Of a stretch of DNA of 64,000 bases, positions 51,944 through 62,900 are shown piece after piece (position 1 is the stretch's first letter; each line of letters begins with the position of its first letter). The notes below the pieces were generated by a model, which was given only the letters and a program-made list of their open reading frames with translations, searched no databases and was not told the DNA's origin. This DNA is from Candidatus Poribacteria bacterium. GTDB taxonomy: Bacteria; Poribacteria; WGA-4E; WGA-3G. A program made the position numbers and the translations under genes. The stretch covers positions 89,453 through 153,452 of the forward strand of contig CBDBFU010000004.1 of assembly GCA_965205025.1 (NCBI GenBank), in the 5' to 3' direction.

Positions 51944-53119
51944 CTATTTTCCATAATACTGCTTCCAAACTTTTCTAAAACCAAGTTCAGCAACCTGTAT
52001 ATCAAGATCTGTATGTGTTGCCATAGCAGTAACACGCAAACGACTTGTCCCTTCAGGGACAGCAGGGGGACGAATTGCAGGGGCAAACACATCCTCCTTA
52101 ATAAGTGCTTCAGCAATATCCGTTGTACGTTTGGCATCTCCTAATATGACAGGTATAATTTGCGTCTGACTGGGTAAGAGAGTATAGCCGATACTCGTTA
52201 GTACTGATCTTAAAGTCTCAGCATTCTCCAGTAGCTGTTTCCGTAAAGAGGGTGTAGAACTCATTACCTTTATAGCCGTATTTGCAGCAGATAACACAGC
52301 AGGAGGAAGTCCTGTCGTAAAAATAAACCCGCGGGCTTTGTTGATAAGCAATTCAATCAGTTGTTGACTCCCCGCTATATATCCTCCTAATCCTCCTACT
52401 GCTTTACTCAACGTCCCCATCTGAATAATATCTTCACCTTCTAAACCACAATGTGACACTGTACCCCTACCTTTTTTTCCCAATATACCAAATCCGTGAG
52501 CATCATCTACCAACAGCATGGCATCATACTCCTTTGAAAGTTGGTATATATCCTGTAAAGGAGCAATGTTGCCATCCATACTGAAAACACCATCCGTTAC
52601 AATAAGTCGTCGTCTAAAACCTGAAGATTCTTCTAATAGAGATTTAAGATGTTCCACATCACAGTGTCTGTAGACCTGTTTAGTGGCGCGACTCAGACGA
52701 CATCCATCAATGATACTTGCATGGTTGAGTGCGTCGCTTAAAATTAGGTCTCCTTCTCCAGCAAGCACAGGAATGATGCTCGTGTTCGCCGCATAACCTG
52801 AACTAAAAACTAATGATGCTTCTGTCCTCTTTAATTCGGATAGTGTATTTTCCAAAGTTGTGTAAAGCTCGGTATTCCCTGTTAGTAGACGAGAACCGCT
52901 TGCACCTGTACCATAAATCGTCCCTGTGGAGGCTGCAGCAGAAATAACCCTGGGGTGGGTGCTTAACCCCAAATAGTTATTTGAACCGAGCATAACAACA
53001 TAGTCTTCATCAATTGTAACAGTATTTGCTGGTGGACTCCTTAGGGTACGAAGATGACGCAGCAATCCTGCTTCTTCCAGTTCTGTGTATTCCGTTTGTA
53101 TCCAATTATAAGTATTCAT
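51944..53119 (-). CDS. bioF: 8-amino-7-oxononanoate synthase
   Basis: [57 protein letters not shown]. Confidence 0.9.
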   Translation of the reverse strand: MNTYNWIQTEYTELEEAGLLRHLRTLRSPPANTVTIDEDYVVMLGSNNYLGLSTHPRVISAAASTGTIYGTGASGSRLLTGNTELYTTLENTLSELKRTEASLVFSSGYAANTSIIPVLAGEGDLILSDALNHASIIDGCRLSRATKQVYRHCDVEHLKSLLEESSGFRRRLIVTDGVFSMDGNIAPLQDIYQLSKEYDAMLLVDDAHGFGILGKKGRGTVSHCGLEGEDIIQMGTLSKAVGGLGGYIAGSQQLIELLINKARGFIFTTGLPPAVLSAANTAIKVMSSTPSLRKQLLENAETLRSVLTSIGYTLLPSQTQIIPVILGDAKRTTDIAEALIKEDVFAPAIRPPAVPEGTSRLRVTAMATHTDLDIQVAELGFRKVWKQYYGK

Positions 53120-53122
53120 TTT

Positions 53123-54037
53123 TTACCCTATAAATTGTCTTAAGAAGATATGACTCTGTCTTAACGCGCGTTGTCGCATTTCTAATGTGTCTTCATAAGC
53201 GCGGTCTTCAACTTCAACACAGACTGAACCTGTATATCCAGTTTCACTCAGAGTGGAGAAAAAATTACCCCAATTTACATCTCCCAGTCCAGGAAGTTTT
53301 GGCGTATGATACGATAGTGGAGTCGCTAAAATACCTACTTGATTCAGTCGTTCCTTATCCAAACGCACATCCTTTGCATGTACATGGAAAATGCGATCAG
53401 AAAAGGTGACAAGAGGTTTCAAGTAGTCCATCTGAAGCCAAATAAAATGTGAAGGGTCAAAGTTGAGTCCAAAATATGGAGATGGAATCTCTTCAAACAT
53501 CCGTTCCCAAATGTCAGGAGAATAGGCAAGATTTTGTCCAGACGGCCATTCGTCTTCTGTAAAAAACATCGGACAATTTTCAATTCCTATACGTATACCA
53601 TTATCTTCAGCAAATTGGATTAAGGGTTTCCATACCAGTATAAACCGCTCCCAATTTTCATCTATCGTCCGAGTTTGATCTCTCCCAATAAATGTATTGA
53701 CAATGCCAACTGACAATCGTTTTGCAGCCAATATCAACTGTTTAAGATGTTCACTATAGATATTCGCCTCAGTTTCGTCAGGGGTTAAAGGATTGGGATA
53801 ATATCCTAACCCACTAATTGTTATACCTGCATCAGAAACACATTGCTGTATAATATCTACATCTGCATCAGAAAGTGTAACCACATCTATATGGGTTACC
53901 CCCGCATAACGGCGTTCTGCTTTCCCTTTCGGCCAACACATCAGTTCTACACAATCATAACCAGTTTCTGCAGCAAACCCTACTACTTCATCCAATGTTT
54001 GGTCAGGTAAAATAGCACTTACAAATCCAAGTTTCAT
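53123..54037 (-). CDS. sugar phosphate isomerase/epimerase (TIM barrel)
   Basis: [42 protein letters not shown]. Confidence 0.88.
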   Translation of the reverse strand: MKLGFVSAILPDQTLDEVVGFAAETGYDCVELMCWPKGKAERRYAGVTHIDVVTLSDADVDIIQQCVSDAGITISGLGYYPNPLTPDETEANIYSEHLKQLILAAKRLSVGIVNTFIGRDQTRTIDENWERFILVWKPLIQFAEDNGIRIGIENCPMFFTEDEWPSGQNLAYSPDIWERMFEEIPSPYFGLNFDPSHFIWLQMDYLKPLVTFSDRIFHVHAKDVRLDKERLNQVGILATPLSYHTPKLPGLGDVNWGNFFSTLSETGYTGSVCVEVEDRAYEDTLEMRQRALRQSHIFLRQFIG

Positions 54038-54090
54038 TAACATACTCCATATATTTTTTCAAACATTATATAATGCATCATACAATATTT

Positions 54091-54183
54091 ATACCATTTC
54101 TGATAATTAAGGTCTCTTAAATTTAGCATAAACTTCCAGTTTGTGCAGTATTTCAAGAGAGACTTAACAACTGTTGATGGGTA
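54091..54183 (+). repeat. degenerate third member of the ATACCATTTCT element family
   Basis: ATACCATTTCT...GTCTCTT...TAGCATAAACTTCCAGTTTGTGC...GAGAGAC. Confidence 0.6.
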
Positions 54184-54200
54184 AACATTTATAAAAATGG

Positions 54201-54355
54201 TATAATAACGTCAGTATGATAATAAAAAATGTCAGTTCGATAAACAGAATTTTGTCCTGAAGATAGTCTTGTAGCACAAACTTTCCAGTTTGTGCACTCT
54301 GGTGTTGACTAAAAGTTCGGGTTACAATGTGTCTTATCGAACTCACGTTATAATA
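54201..54355. repeat. nested inverted-repeat element around a GTAG REP-like core
   Basis: Core GTAGCACAAACT-TTCC-AGTTTGTGC (54271-95); arms GTTCGATAA/TTATCGAAC and TAACGT/ACGTTA. Confidence 0.7.
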
Positions 54356-54382
54356 TGTTAATCATAGGACACATTAGAACAA

Positions 54383-55228
54383 ATGAGACAATCAGATAAT
54401 ATTAACTCTGCACCTAACAATATACTCGGTTTAGACAGAATGGTATTAATCCCTGCAGGAAACTTCCAGATGGGGAACATAGAATACTATGGCAAAGACG
54501 AGGAAAAAGGGTTCCACACTGTATACGTTGATGCATTTTATATTGATATGTATGAAGTGACAAATGCAGAATACAAGATGTTCGTAAATGAGAATCCAGA
54601 ATGGAGAAAAGAGAACGTCTATCAAGGATACAGTGAAGGATACCTAACACATTGGCGTAATAATCAAATTTCACAGGGTTACGAGGAACATCCTGTTGTG
54701 TTTGTAAGTTGGTATGCTGCCATGTCGTATGCGAAATGGTTAGGAAAACGCCTGCCAACAGAGGCGGAATGGGAAAAGGCTGCACGCGGAGGTTTGGACT
54801 ACCAAGAGTTTCCTTGGGGTAATGCTCTGCCAGATGGAACCCAGTGTAATTTTGCCGATAAAAATACGGACCTTGAACGGTCAAATAAGGATGTAGATGA
54901 TGGATACAAGTGGACTGCACCTGTAGGAAGTTATCCACCAAACGGATTCGGATTGTATGATATGACAGGTAATGTTGCAGATTGGTGTCTGGATAAATAT
55001 CACTATCAGATTGACACCAATTCTCCAAGATGTAATCCGATTGGAGGGGCAGAAAGAATAGCCGATGTCGTAGAAAACTATAAGGCTATTGAAACTGAAC
55101 GCGTGATGCGTGGTGGAGCATGGGACGATGATGCAAGATTCTTGCAGGTAACATCTCGCGATAACTATCCTCCTGTGAACACAGAAGATCGTCTCGGTTT
55201 CCGTTGTGTAAAAGATATAACAGTTTGA
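54383..55228 (+). CDS. FGE-sulfatase (SUMF1-like) domain protein without the catalytic Cys pair
   Basis: IPAGNFQMG, YEVTNAEY, RLPTEAEWEKAARGG, NGFGLYDMTGNV, RGGAW, GFRC. Confidence 0.9.
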   Translation: MRQSDNINSAPNNILGLDRMVLIPAGNFQMGNIEYYGKDEEKGFHTVYVDAFYIDMYEVTNAEYKMFVNENPEWRKENVYQGYSEGYLTHWRNNQISQGYEEHPVVFVSWYAAMSYAKWLGKRLPTEAEWEKAARGGLDYQEFPWGNALPDGTQCNFADKNTDLERSNKDVDDGYKWTAPVGSYPPNGFGLYDMTGNVADWCLDKYHYQIDTNSPRCNPIGGAERIADVVENYKAIETERVMRGGAWDDDARFLQVTSRDNYPPVNTEDRLGFRCVKDITV

Positions 55229-55330
55229 TCTACGACATTCTAACTACTTCATATCTGATTAAATGAATTTCGTTCATAAAATATAAGATATATGGTACAA
55301 TTCACAACATTAGCCAAAGTGGAGGTTTCT

Positions 55331-56146
55331 ATGACTCCGAAACAACGATACTTATTTGATTTAACGGGCTATCTTCACCTTAAGAACGTCTTGAACGAAA
55401 AAGAATTGCAGAAAACTCAGGATGCTGTTGAAGGGTGTGTCCAAACACCTATAAACGAACTTCCACCCGGTATTAGCTATGGTGGTGGCGGTTTTTCTAA
55501 TGGATTTTCCTTTGATAAATCTCTTGAAGCACTAACACTCCATCCAAAAACATGGGGTATTGTTAAAGAACTCACAAGTAATAGACCACGTTTTAATCGA
55601 GGTAGTTTGGTTGCCAAATCTCCTGAACACGACCAAGAAATCGGTAAACTACATTGTGCCCGCGAAGATTGTGGTTGGCAAACTCGACGCTACACCGTGA
55701 AAAATGGACATATACATAACAATGACTTTGCAATCTTCTTCTATTTTACTGATGTTTTTCCGGGTGATGGTGGATTAGTGGTATTACCCGGTTCACATAA
55801 AGCAAACTTTGATAGACCAGACGATATTTTCTTCCCTGATCCAGAAAACCCACCGGAACAACTCCACCCTGCACTTGTTAATGTAACAGCTCGTGCTGGT
55901 GATGCAATTGTTATGTCAGAATTACTTACACATGGTGTACTTATCTGGAAACCGCAGGAACGGTATAGACGCTTTCTTATCCTACGTTACAAAACACAGT
56001 TCTTCCAAGATAACAGAGGAAATAGAGATCCATTCCCACCTGAAGTAATGGAACGACTTTCACCAGAAACCGTTGAACTCGCAAGTCACGCACATTATAC
56101 ACATACAAAGGATATTGTTAATCAGGAACATGTTCAATTAACCTAA
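55331..56146 (+). CDS. PhyH-family Fe(II)/2OG enzyme with His-Cys-Ala motif
   Basis: GGAGG then ATG 55331; YLFDLTGYL, LHCARED, GGLVVLPGSHK, ELLTHG, RRFLILRY. Confidence 0.85.
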   Translation: MTPKQRYLFDLTGYLHLKNVLNEKELQKTQDAVEGCVQTPINELPPGISYGGGGFSNGFSFDKSLEALTLHPKTWGIVKELTSNRPRFNRGSLVAKSPEHDQEIGKLHCAREDCGWQTRRYTVKNGHIHNNDFAIFFYFTDVFPGDGGLVVLPGSHKANFDRPDDIFFPDPENPPEQLHPALVNVTARAGDAIVMSELLTHGVLIWKPQERYRRFLILRYKTQFFQDNRGNRDPFPPEVMERLSPETVELASHAHYTHTKDIVNQEHVQLT

Positions 56147-56158
56147 AAGGAACGGAGA

Positions 56159-56998
56159 ATGACACCAGAACAACGTTATCTGTTTGATGTTACAGGATAC
56201 CTACACATCAAAAATGCAGTTACAGGAGAGGCGCTGAAAAAAGCACAAGAGGCTGTTGATAGTTATATCCACATGCCACTTGATGAACGTCCTGAAGGTT
56301 TCACAACGCGTCCAAAAGAATTAGAACCCGGCAAAGGTGGTAGATATGAACATGGGTTTGCATTTGACCGTTCACTTGAGGCGATGACAGTTCATCCTGC
56401 TATCTGGTCTCTTGTAAAAGAATTCACATTTGGGATGCCAAGGTTTGTCTCAGGAACACTTACACTTGAACAACACAACCCAGATAGACAACCTATGGGT
56501 ACAAATCCAGCAGGACTACATTGTGCACGGGAAGGGAGACATTGGTTAACCCGATACGAAGTCAAGAACCAACAAATCTATTGCAACGATTTTGTGACTT
56601 TCTTCTATCTCACAGATGTTAACCCCGGTGATGGAGGACTTATTGTCATACCCGGTTCGCACAAGAGTCAATTTGAACGACCTGAAGACCTACTAACACC
56701 TGGACCAGACGGTATTGATCCTGAACCAGATAATGTTTTCACGAATCTCACACCAAAAGCTGGTGATTTTCTTGTTATTTCAGAGCTGCTAACACACGGT
56801 GTTCTAAAGTGGAAGCCTAAGGACAGGGATAGACGTTTTCTTATATTGCGTTATCGTCCACAATATGAAGGCAGATCCGGAATTCCAGAACCAATCTTTG
56901 AGCGATTGTCCCCAGAAGTACAAGAATTAACGCAAACCGCTTCTTATGGACATACTAAGGAAGTTGTTAAACATGATGTTATCCAATTATCTGCTTAG
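56159..56998 (+). CDS. PhyH-family Fe(II)/2OG enzyme with His-Cys-Ala motif (tandem paralog)
   Basis: YLFDVTGYL, LHCAREG, GGLIVIPGSHK, ELLTHG, RRFLILRY. Confidence 0.85.
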   Translation: MTPEQRYLFDVTGYLHIKNAVTGEALKKAQEAVDSYIHMPLDERPEGFTTRPKELEPGKGGRYEHGFAFDRSLEAMTVHPAIWSLVKEFTFGMPRFVSGTLTLEQHNPDRQPMGTNPAGLHCAREGRHWLTRYEVKNQQIYCNDFVTFFYLTDVNPGDGGLIVIPGSHKSQFERPEDLLTPGPDGIDPEPDNVFTNLTPKAGDFLVISELLTHGVLKWKPKDRDRRFLILRYRPQYEGRSGIPEPIFERLSPEVQELTQTASYGHTKEVVKHDVIQLSA

Positions 56999-57040
56999 CA
57001 GACAAGATCCTTCAAAATTAATATCAACGGAGGAAATCCG

Positions 57041-58084
57041 ATGAATAATACAGAATATACAGCATGTATTGTTGGTTGTGGTCGTATGGGTGGAACAATT
57101 GATGAAGAGGTAAAAGGTTCACCCCACGGAGCACTTCCATATTCACATGCTGCAGGTTATACAGCCTATGAACGCACAACTATAGTCGCTGGTGCGGATG
57201 TAGTTGAAGAGAAAGCAAAGTATGTCTGCGACAAATGGGATATTCCAAAATACTACCTTGACTATCAAGAGATGATTCTTCAAGAAAAGCCTGATATTGT
57301 TAGTATTGCAACACGACCAGGTAACCACGCAGAGATAACACAATTTGCTGCTGAAAATGGAGTTAAAGGAATCTATTGCGATAAACCCCTCTGTGCATCT
57401 ATGGAAGAAGCGGATGCAATGTTGGAAGTTTGTGAGAAATACAACATCAAGTTCAACCTCGGCACACAACGACGTTTTACTCCCGGTTATATGAAAATGC
57501 GTGAAATCCTTGAAAGTGGAGAAATCGGTGAACGACGTTCTATCATCTCATATACAGGCGGAGGAGCTTTGTGGGGTTACACACATGCTGCCGACCTAAT
57601 TCTCTTTCTGGCAAGCGATTCTCCAATCGAATATGTACAAGGTAACGTGGCTATTGATGATGCAGAATTCGAGAACAATCACACAGATTCAGATCCAAAT
57701 ATTGTAATGGGATTCATTCGGTTTAAAAACGGTGTTAATGCCATCAGTATACCGGGAACTGCATACGAATTCGAAGTGAATTGTAGTGATGGTACAGTGC
57801 GTTCTCTAAACAATGGTCTCGGTTTTGAACTAAGAAAACGGCAAGGACAATTTAATGAAATATTAGATGCACAATTCCCACAATTTGAGCGAAAAAGCGG
57901 TACTGTCGGTTGTATTGAAGATATCGTTGAAGCAATAGAAACCGATACTGAGACACAAGGCAACATACAACTCGCACATCGCAGTACAGAAATGGTCTTT
58001 GCAATCGTTGACTCGCAACGCCAGAAGGGAATTCGGGTCCCAATTCCAATGGAAAACCGACAACTCTACCTCGGAAGGTGGTAA
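57041..58084 (+). CDS. Gfo/Idh/MocA family oxidoreductase
   Basis: IVGCGRMG, PDIVSIAT, IYCDKP, GTQRRF. Confidence 0.88.
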   Translation: MNNTEYTACIVGCGRMGGTIDEEVKGSPHGALPYSHAAGYTAYERTTIVAGADVVEEKAKYVCDKWDIPKYYLDYQEMILQEKPDIVSIATRPGNHAEITQFAAENGVKGIYCDKPLCASMEEADAMLEVCEKYNIKFNLGTQRRFTPGYMKMREILESGEIGERRSIISYTGGGALWGYTHAADLILFLASDSPIEYVQGNVAIDDAEFENNHTDSDPNIVMGFIRFKNGVNAISIPGTAYEFEVNCSDGTVRSLNNGLGFELRKRQGQFNEILDAQFPQFERKSGTVGCIEDIVEAIETDTETQGNIQLAHRSTEMVFAIVDSQRQKGIRVPIPMENRQLYLGRW

Positions 58085-58896
58085 CACAAATGAAGTTAAA
58101 AAGTCTGATAGTTGAGAACACAACTCGTATATCCAACCTTACAAAGGCATTTCCTTTCGTTGTTTGTATTCTGTTTCTACTAAACCATACTGCAACCACA
58201 CCACAGGGAGATTCACATAAAGAAACTGGTTCCTCACGGCCAACCAGTACATTATATACACGGCAACCCCCTACTCGTGATGGTATCGGTAAAATCTATA
58301 TGGGGCGCGAGATTTCAAAGGTTATGGGACATCACGGTGCTGAATGGTTAGAACGTCCTGAACGCGAAATTGAAGAGATGCCGAGTCGTCTCATTAAACT
58401 AATCAATTTCAAAGCAGGAGATGTCGTAGCAGATATCGGTATTGGAACAGGTTATATCGCCAGACGAATCTCACCAAAGATCGGTGACACAGGACTAATA
58501 TACGGTGTGGAAATACAACAGGAGATGCTTGATATTCTTGATGTAAACATGAAAGAAGCCGGCATCACAAACGTAAAAGGTATATTGGGTACAATCGAAG
58601 ATCCGAAACTACCACCGAATTCTGTTGATGTCGCTATTATGGTGGATGTATACCATGAATTTTCGCATCCGTATGAAATGATGCAAAACATCTGTCGTGG
58701 TGTCAAACCAGGTGGAAGAGTTGTGTTCGTTGAATACCGTGCCGAAGATCCGAATGTACCAATTAAACCACTCCATAAGATGAGTGAGTTACAGGTTCTT
58801 AAGGAAGCAACCCCACATCCGCTTGTCTGGGTAGATTCACTCTATGGTTTACCGTGGCAACATGTAATCATTTTTGAGAAATTGGAACAGAAATAG
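58078..58896 (+). CDS. class I SAM-dependent methyltransferase, possibly exported
   Basis: VVADIGIGTGY, YGVEIQ, MVDVYHEF, KPGGRVVFVEYR; hydrophobic N-terminal segment; start may be ATG 58090. Confidence 0.85.
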   Translation: MVTQMKLKSLIVENTTRISNLTKAFPFVVCILFLLNHTATTPQGDSHKETGSSRPTSTLYTRQPPTRDGIGKIYMGREISKVMGHHGAEWLERPEREIEEMPSRLIKLINFKAGDVVADIGIGTGYIARRISPKIGDTGLIYGVEIQQEMLDILDVNMKEAGITNVKGILGTIEDPKLPPNSVDVAIMVDVYHEFSHPYEMMQNICRGVKPGGRVVFVEYRAEDPNVPIKPLHKMSELQVLKEATPHPLVWVDSLYGLPWQHVIIFEKLEQK

Positions 58897-58967
58897 GAGA
58901 GTAAGGAATTTTAGAAAGTGTGAAGTTCTTGTATAATAAATGGTTGTAGGTGTAGAATCCCAAATTA

Positions 58968-59318
58968 TTATATTTCAAAATCTATTATAGTGGTGATCGC
59001 AATAACAATTAGATCCATTATTGACTGAGGTAATTCTCCTATTTTTACAGTAAATCTCTGGGTATCAAGTCCTCGAAGTTGTAATGTATCAACTGCAGAA
59101 GATTTAACTAAGTTATTATTTAAATCGGGATCTAACTTAACATGCCAAACATTATCTGCAAAAGAAGTCTTCCATTCGGTGATTGGAGCTACAAGTCGAA
59201 TAGGTAATATACCAATCTCGTCAGAACTTATTACAATAACCGGACGTGTCTTACGAATTTCTGTACCAAGGGTAGGATCAAGATTTGCAATCCATATTTC
59301 TCCGCGCTTCGGATTCAT
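58968..59318 (-). CDS. PemK/MazF family toxin
   Basis: PKRGEIWIANLDPTLGTEIRKTRPVIVIS, VAPIT, SAVDTLQLR. Confidence 0.93.
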   Translation of the reverse strand: MNPKRGEIWIANLDPTLGTEIRKTRPVIVISSDEIGILPIRLVAPITEWKTSFADNVWHVKLDPDLNNNLVKSSAVDTLQLRGLDTQRFTVKIGELPQSIMDLIVIAITTIIDFEI

Positions 59319-59562
59319 CTATAAATTCACCAGTCTGCCAATCAGATCGTTCAGTTGTTGTATCTTCATAGTGTGTCTTTAGTTGTTCTGCTTGTTGTGA
59401 TAACAGTTGTCGACGTTCTTTAACAGATAGACGCAGAAATTTTTCTTGAGGTGATTCTCCACCATCGGTTAATTCGCTTAACAAACGGTATGCTAATGGT
59501 AGTTTGGATTCAGGAAGTTTAGATACTAACTCTTGTATTTTAGTGTGGGTAATAGTAGGCAC
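59278..59562 (-). CDS. putative antitoxin upstream of the PemK/MazF toxin
   Basis: Small helical protein, AGGAG then GTG start, overlaps the toxin start; TA-operon geometry. Confidence 0.65.
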   Translation of the reverse strand: MPTITHTKIQELVSKLPESKLPLAYRLLSELTDGGESPQEKFLRLSVKERRQLLSQQAEQLKTHYEDTTTERSDWQTGEFIDESEARRNMDCKS

Positions 59563-59834
59563 ACAGATCTCCTGATATTAGATTTTTATAATGGTCTAAC
59601 ATTGTATTGTCAAGAATTCCTGTTGGAACATCACTATTTATAAAGTATACTACATATTCCATATTTCTACAATAACATTACAAATGAAAATGTTGTTGTA
59701 TTTCTTACATAATTTATTCACTACTGAAAATACATATCTATAAGTTCCATACTGAATACTATACATTTCTTATCTACAGAACCGTATATAAGCATTATAA
59801 CAAGAGAAAACTAACCTATTTATCCAAAATGTAA

Positions 59835-59863
59835 TTGACAATAAGACTCTCATTATTTAGAAT
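59835..59863 (+). promoter_or_regulatory. sigma70-like promoter
   Basis: TTGACA (59835-40), 17 nt, TAGAAT (59858-63). Confidence 0.65.
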
Positions 59864-59966
59864 GACACTTATATTTAAACCTTTTGTTTGCTATGACGTT
59901 ATTTAACACAATCCTACTAAAACAATTTCAGTTTGAAAAGCCAGAAAGAAAAGGGAGTGAATTCCA

Positions 59967-62900
59967 GTGAAAAGTGCTAATAGTTCCATTCCACTATTCT
60001 GTGTGATGTTATGTCTATCTCTAATCGTTTTTGGACTTCATCACGCATCTGCAGATCATCATGAAACCCCATTAAAAACCGTAGATTATAACCAGCATAT
60101 CCGTACAATATTATCGGATAATTGCTACGCGTGTCACGGTCCAGACGAGAAAGCACGACAAGCAAATCTCAGACTTGACACAAAAGAAGGTGCATTCTCC
60201 GAACCCAGCGGATATCCTGTTCTCGTTCCAGAAAAACCAGATGAGAGCGAACTCTATCTACGTATCGCTTCTAATGACGAAAACTATAAAATGCCACCCG
60301 CAGGATTCAACAAGACACTTACCCCTGAACAGATTGATCTAATCAAACAATGGATTAACCAAGGGGCAAAATGGGAAGATCATTGGGCATTTACCACACC
60401 TGTACGTCCTACGCCTCCTAAAGTGAAAAATCCAGAGTGGATCAATAATCCAATTGATGCATTTGTACTATCACTACTGGAAAATGAGGGTTTACAACCA
60501 GCCAAACAAGCTGATAAACGAACACTTATCCGACGGCTCAGTTTTGATCTCACTGGATTACCACCCACACTTGAAGAGATACATCGTTTCCTTGGAGATG
60601 ACTCCTCTGATGCCTATGAGAAACTTATTGATGCATATATGGCTAAACCTGAGTATGGCGAACATATGGCACGCTTCTGGTTGGATGTAGCACGATATGG
60701 TGATACACACGGACTTCACTTAGACAACTATCGTGAAATGTGGCCCTATAGGGATTGGGTCATCAAGGCATTTAACGATAAAATGCCTTTCGACCAGTTT
60801 ACTGTTGAACAGTTGGCAGGTGATCTTCTTACACAACCCACACTTGATCAGAAAATCGCTACCGGGTTTAATCGATGCCACGTAACTACAAGTGAAGGCG
60901 GTTCTATTGCTGATGAATACTATGTCCGTTACGCTGTTGATAGAGCCAACACAACTGCTACCGTCTGGATGGGATTAACCGCAGGGTGTGCACAATGCCA
61001 TGACCATAAATACGATCCAATCTCACAGAAAGAGTATTACCAACTATACGCATATTTCAACAATATCACTGAAAATGCAATGGATGGTAATAGGAAGGAT
61101 TCTCCACCTATTGTTAAACTTCCCACACCAGAACAACAAGCACAACTTGATAGGTATGATAATAGAATCGCTGAATTAGACGCACAAACTAAAGGTGCAC
61201 TACCAGAGGTTGATGCAGCCCAAACCGCATGGGAAAACAGGATGCCACAGTGGACACCTGTGAAACCTAACGTTGTTCGTTCTAAAGGTTTAGCTACATT
61301 GACAATTAACGAGGATAATTCTGTTCTGGCAAGTGGCATAAATCCTGATGATGAAGTATATGAGATAATTGCCGAATTACCTGCTGGAAAATGGACTGCT
61401 GTTCGATTAGAAGGTCTCACTGATCAATCTCTACCGGGAAAGGGAATCGGACGTAGTGATAATAGTAATGTTGTCCTAAGTGGGTTTACTGTTGACATCG
61501 CTTCCCCTGCTGATTCTGAACAATTGCTCAATGAAGCGAAGGAAGCCGCAGCAATGGATGCTGAGGCAGCCAAAATTAAAGCAGAACAACTCGCTGAGGA
61601 AGCAAGAATAGCTGAAGAGGCGAAAAAAGCTGCAGAAGCAAAAGCACAAGCAGAAGAAGACGCTGAAACTACAGATCCTGCTCCTGAAGAAGCAGAAACT
61701 CCCGTTGAAGAAGCAGAAGAAGAAACACCAACTGATGTTGACACTCCACCAGAGGAAGAAGTAGAAAACGCAGAAACCCCGCCTGAGGAAACTGCAACTG
61801 AAGAAACCACACCTGAAGAGACTCCAACAGAAGATGCCGCGCCTGAAGAAACTCCAACAGAAGCCGATGACAAGACAACTGAAGAGACTGAAGAGAAAGT
61901 TGAGGAAAAAAATCCTTGGACCCCAATTAACATTGTCAAAGCATGGGCAGATTACGAGCAAGCAGGTGATAATTTTGTTATTGCCAATGCAATAGATGAC
62001 AAACCTGAATCCGGTTGGGGTTTGGAAAGTAATAAAAATCGTGGGAACAACAGACAAGCAATTTTCTTGGTTGGAAACCACTTCGGGACTGATGGTGGAT
62101 TGTTGAGAATCCGTTTGAAGCATGAATCTGAGAGTAAGAAACACCATTTCGGTCGATTCCGAATTGCTATCTCTGATGCACCTACCATCTATCCAATCGG
62201 TTCTAAAGTAGCACTTAGCAACTGGCATTCTGCTGGTCCGTTTGCTGCAGAACACGGTAACATCGCATTCTATAACGTATATGAACCTGAAACAAAACCT
62301 GTCAATACAGGAGATAAATTCACATTTGGTACACAAACGATAGAATGGAAACAGCAAACACATTGGAAAGATGAGGAAGTTCATAACGACATCATCGGAG
62401 AAAATAGTGCAACCTATCTAACCCGAAACATCAATTCTGAAACGAAACAGAAAGCAACTCTCTTCCTGAGTAGCAACGATGCAATTAAAGTTTGGGTGAA
62501 TCAATCTGAAGTGCTTGCCAGTAATATTCAACGTGATGCTGCACCAGATACGGATAAAGTACAAATTCAGCTTAACTCTGGAAACAATGTATTACTCCTA
62601 AAGGTTGTTAACTATTCCGGTCCATCCGGTTTCTATTTCAGAATGGAATCAGATGCACCCATGGTAACAGCAAACATTGTTGACATCGCAGCATTAGAAA
62701 AAGGCAAACAGAACGGTGAACAACAAACCAAAATTCGAGAATACTACCGTCGAAATGTCTCAAAAGATAAAGAGTTGAAACAACTATACGCCGATTTAGG
62801 GGATACACAAAACAAGAGAAATTCCCTAAACAACTCACTCACCACGACATTAGTTATGCAGGAACGTTCAGAACCACGAGGCGCGTATGTACTCGAACGG

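Noticed and set aside
54414-55028. 204-aa antisense ORF, and the many other short antisense ORFs in the track
   Set aside because: Fully nested opposite well-supported genes and lacking motifs.
55100-55228. FGE-sulfatase C-terminus as a diversity-generating retroelement variable region
   Set aside because: No template repeat differing at adenines and no reverse transcriptase seen in the window.
61424-62384. Long antisense ORFs (171, 302 and 85 aa)
   Set aside because: Shadows of the low-complexity GAA-rich insertion on the coding strand.
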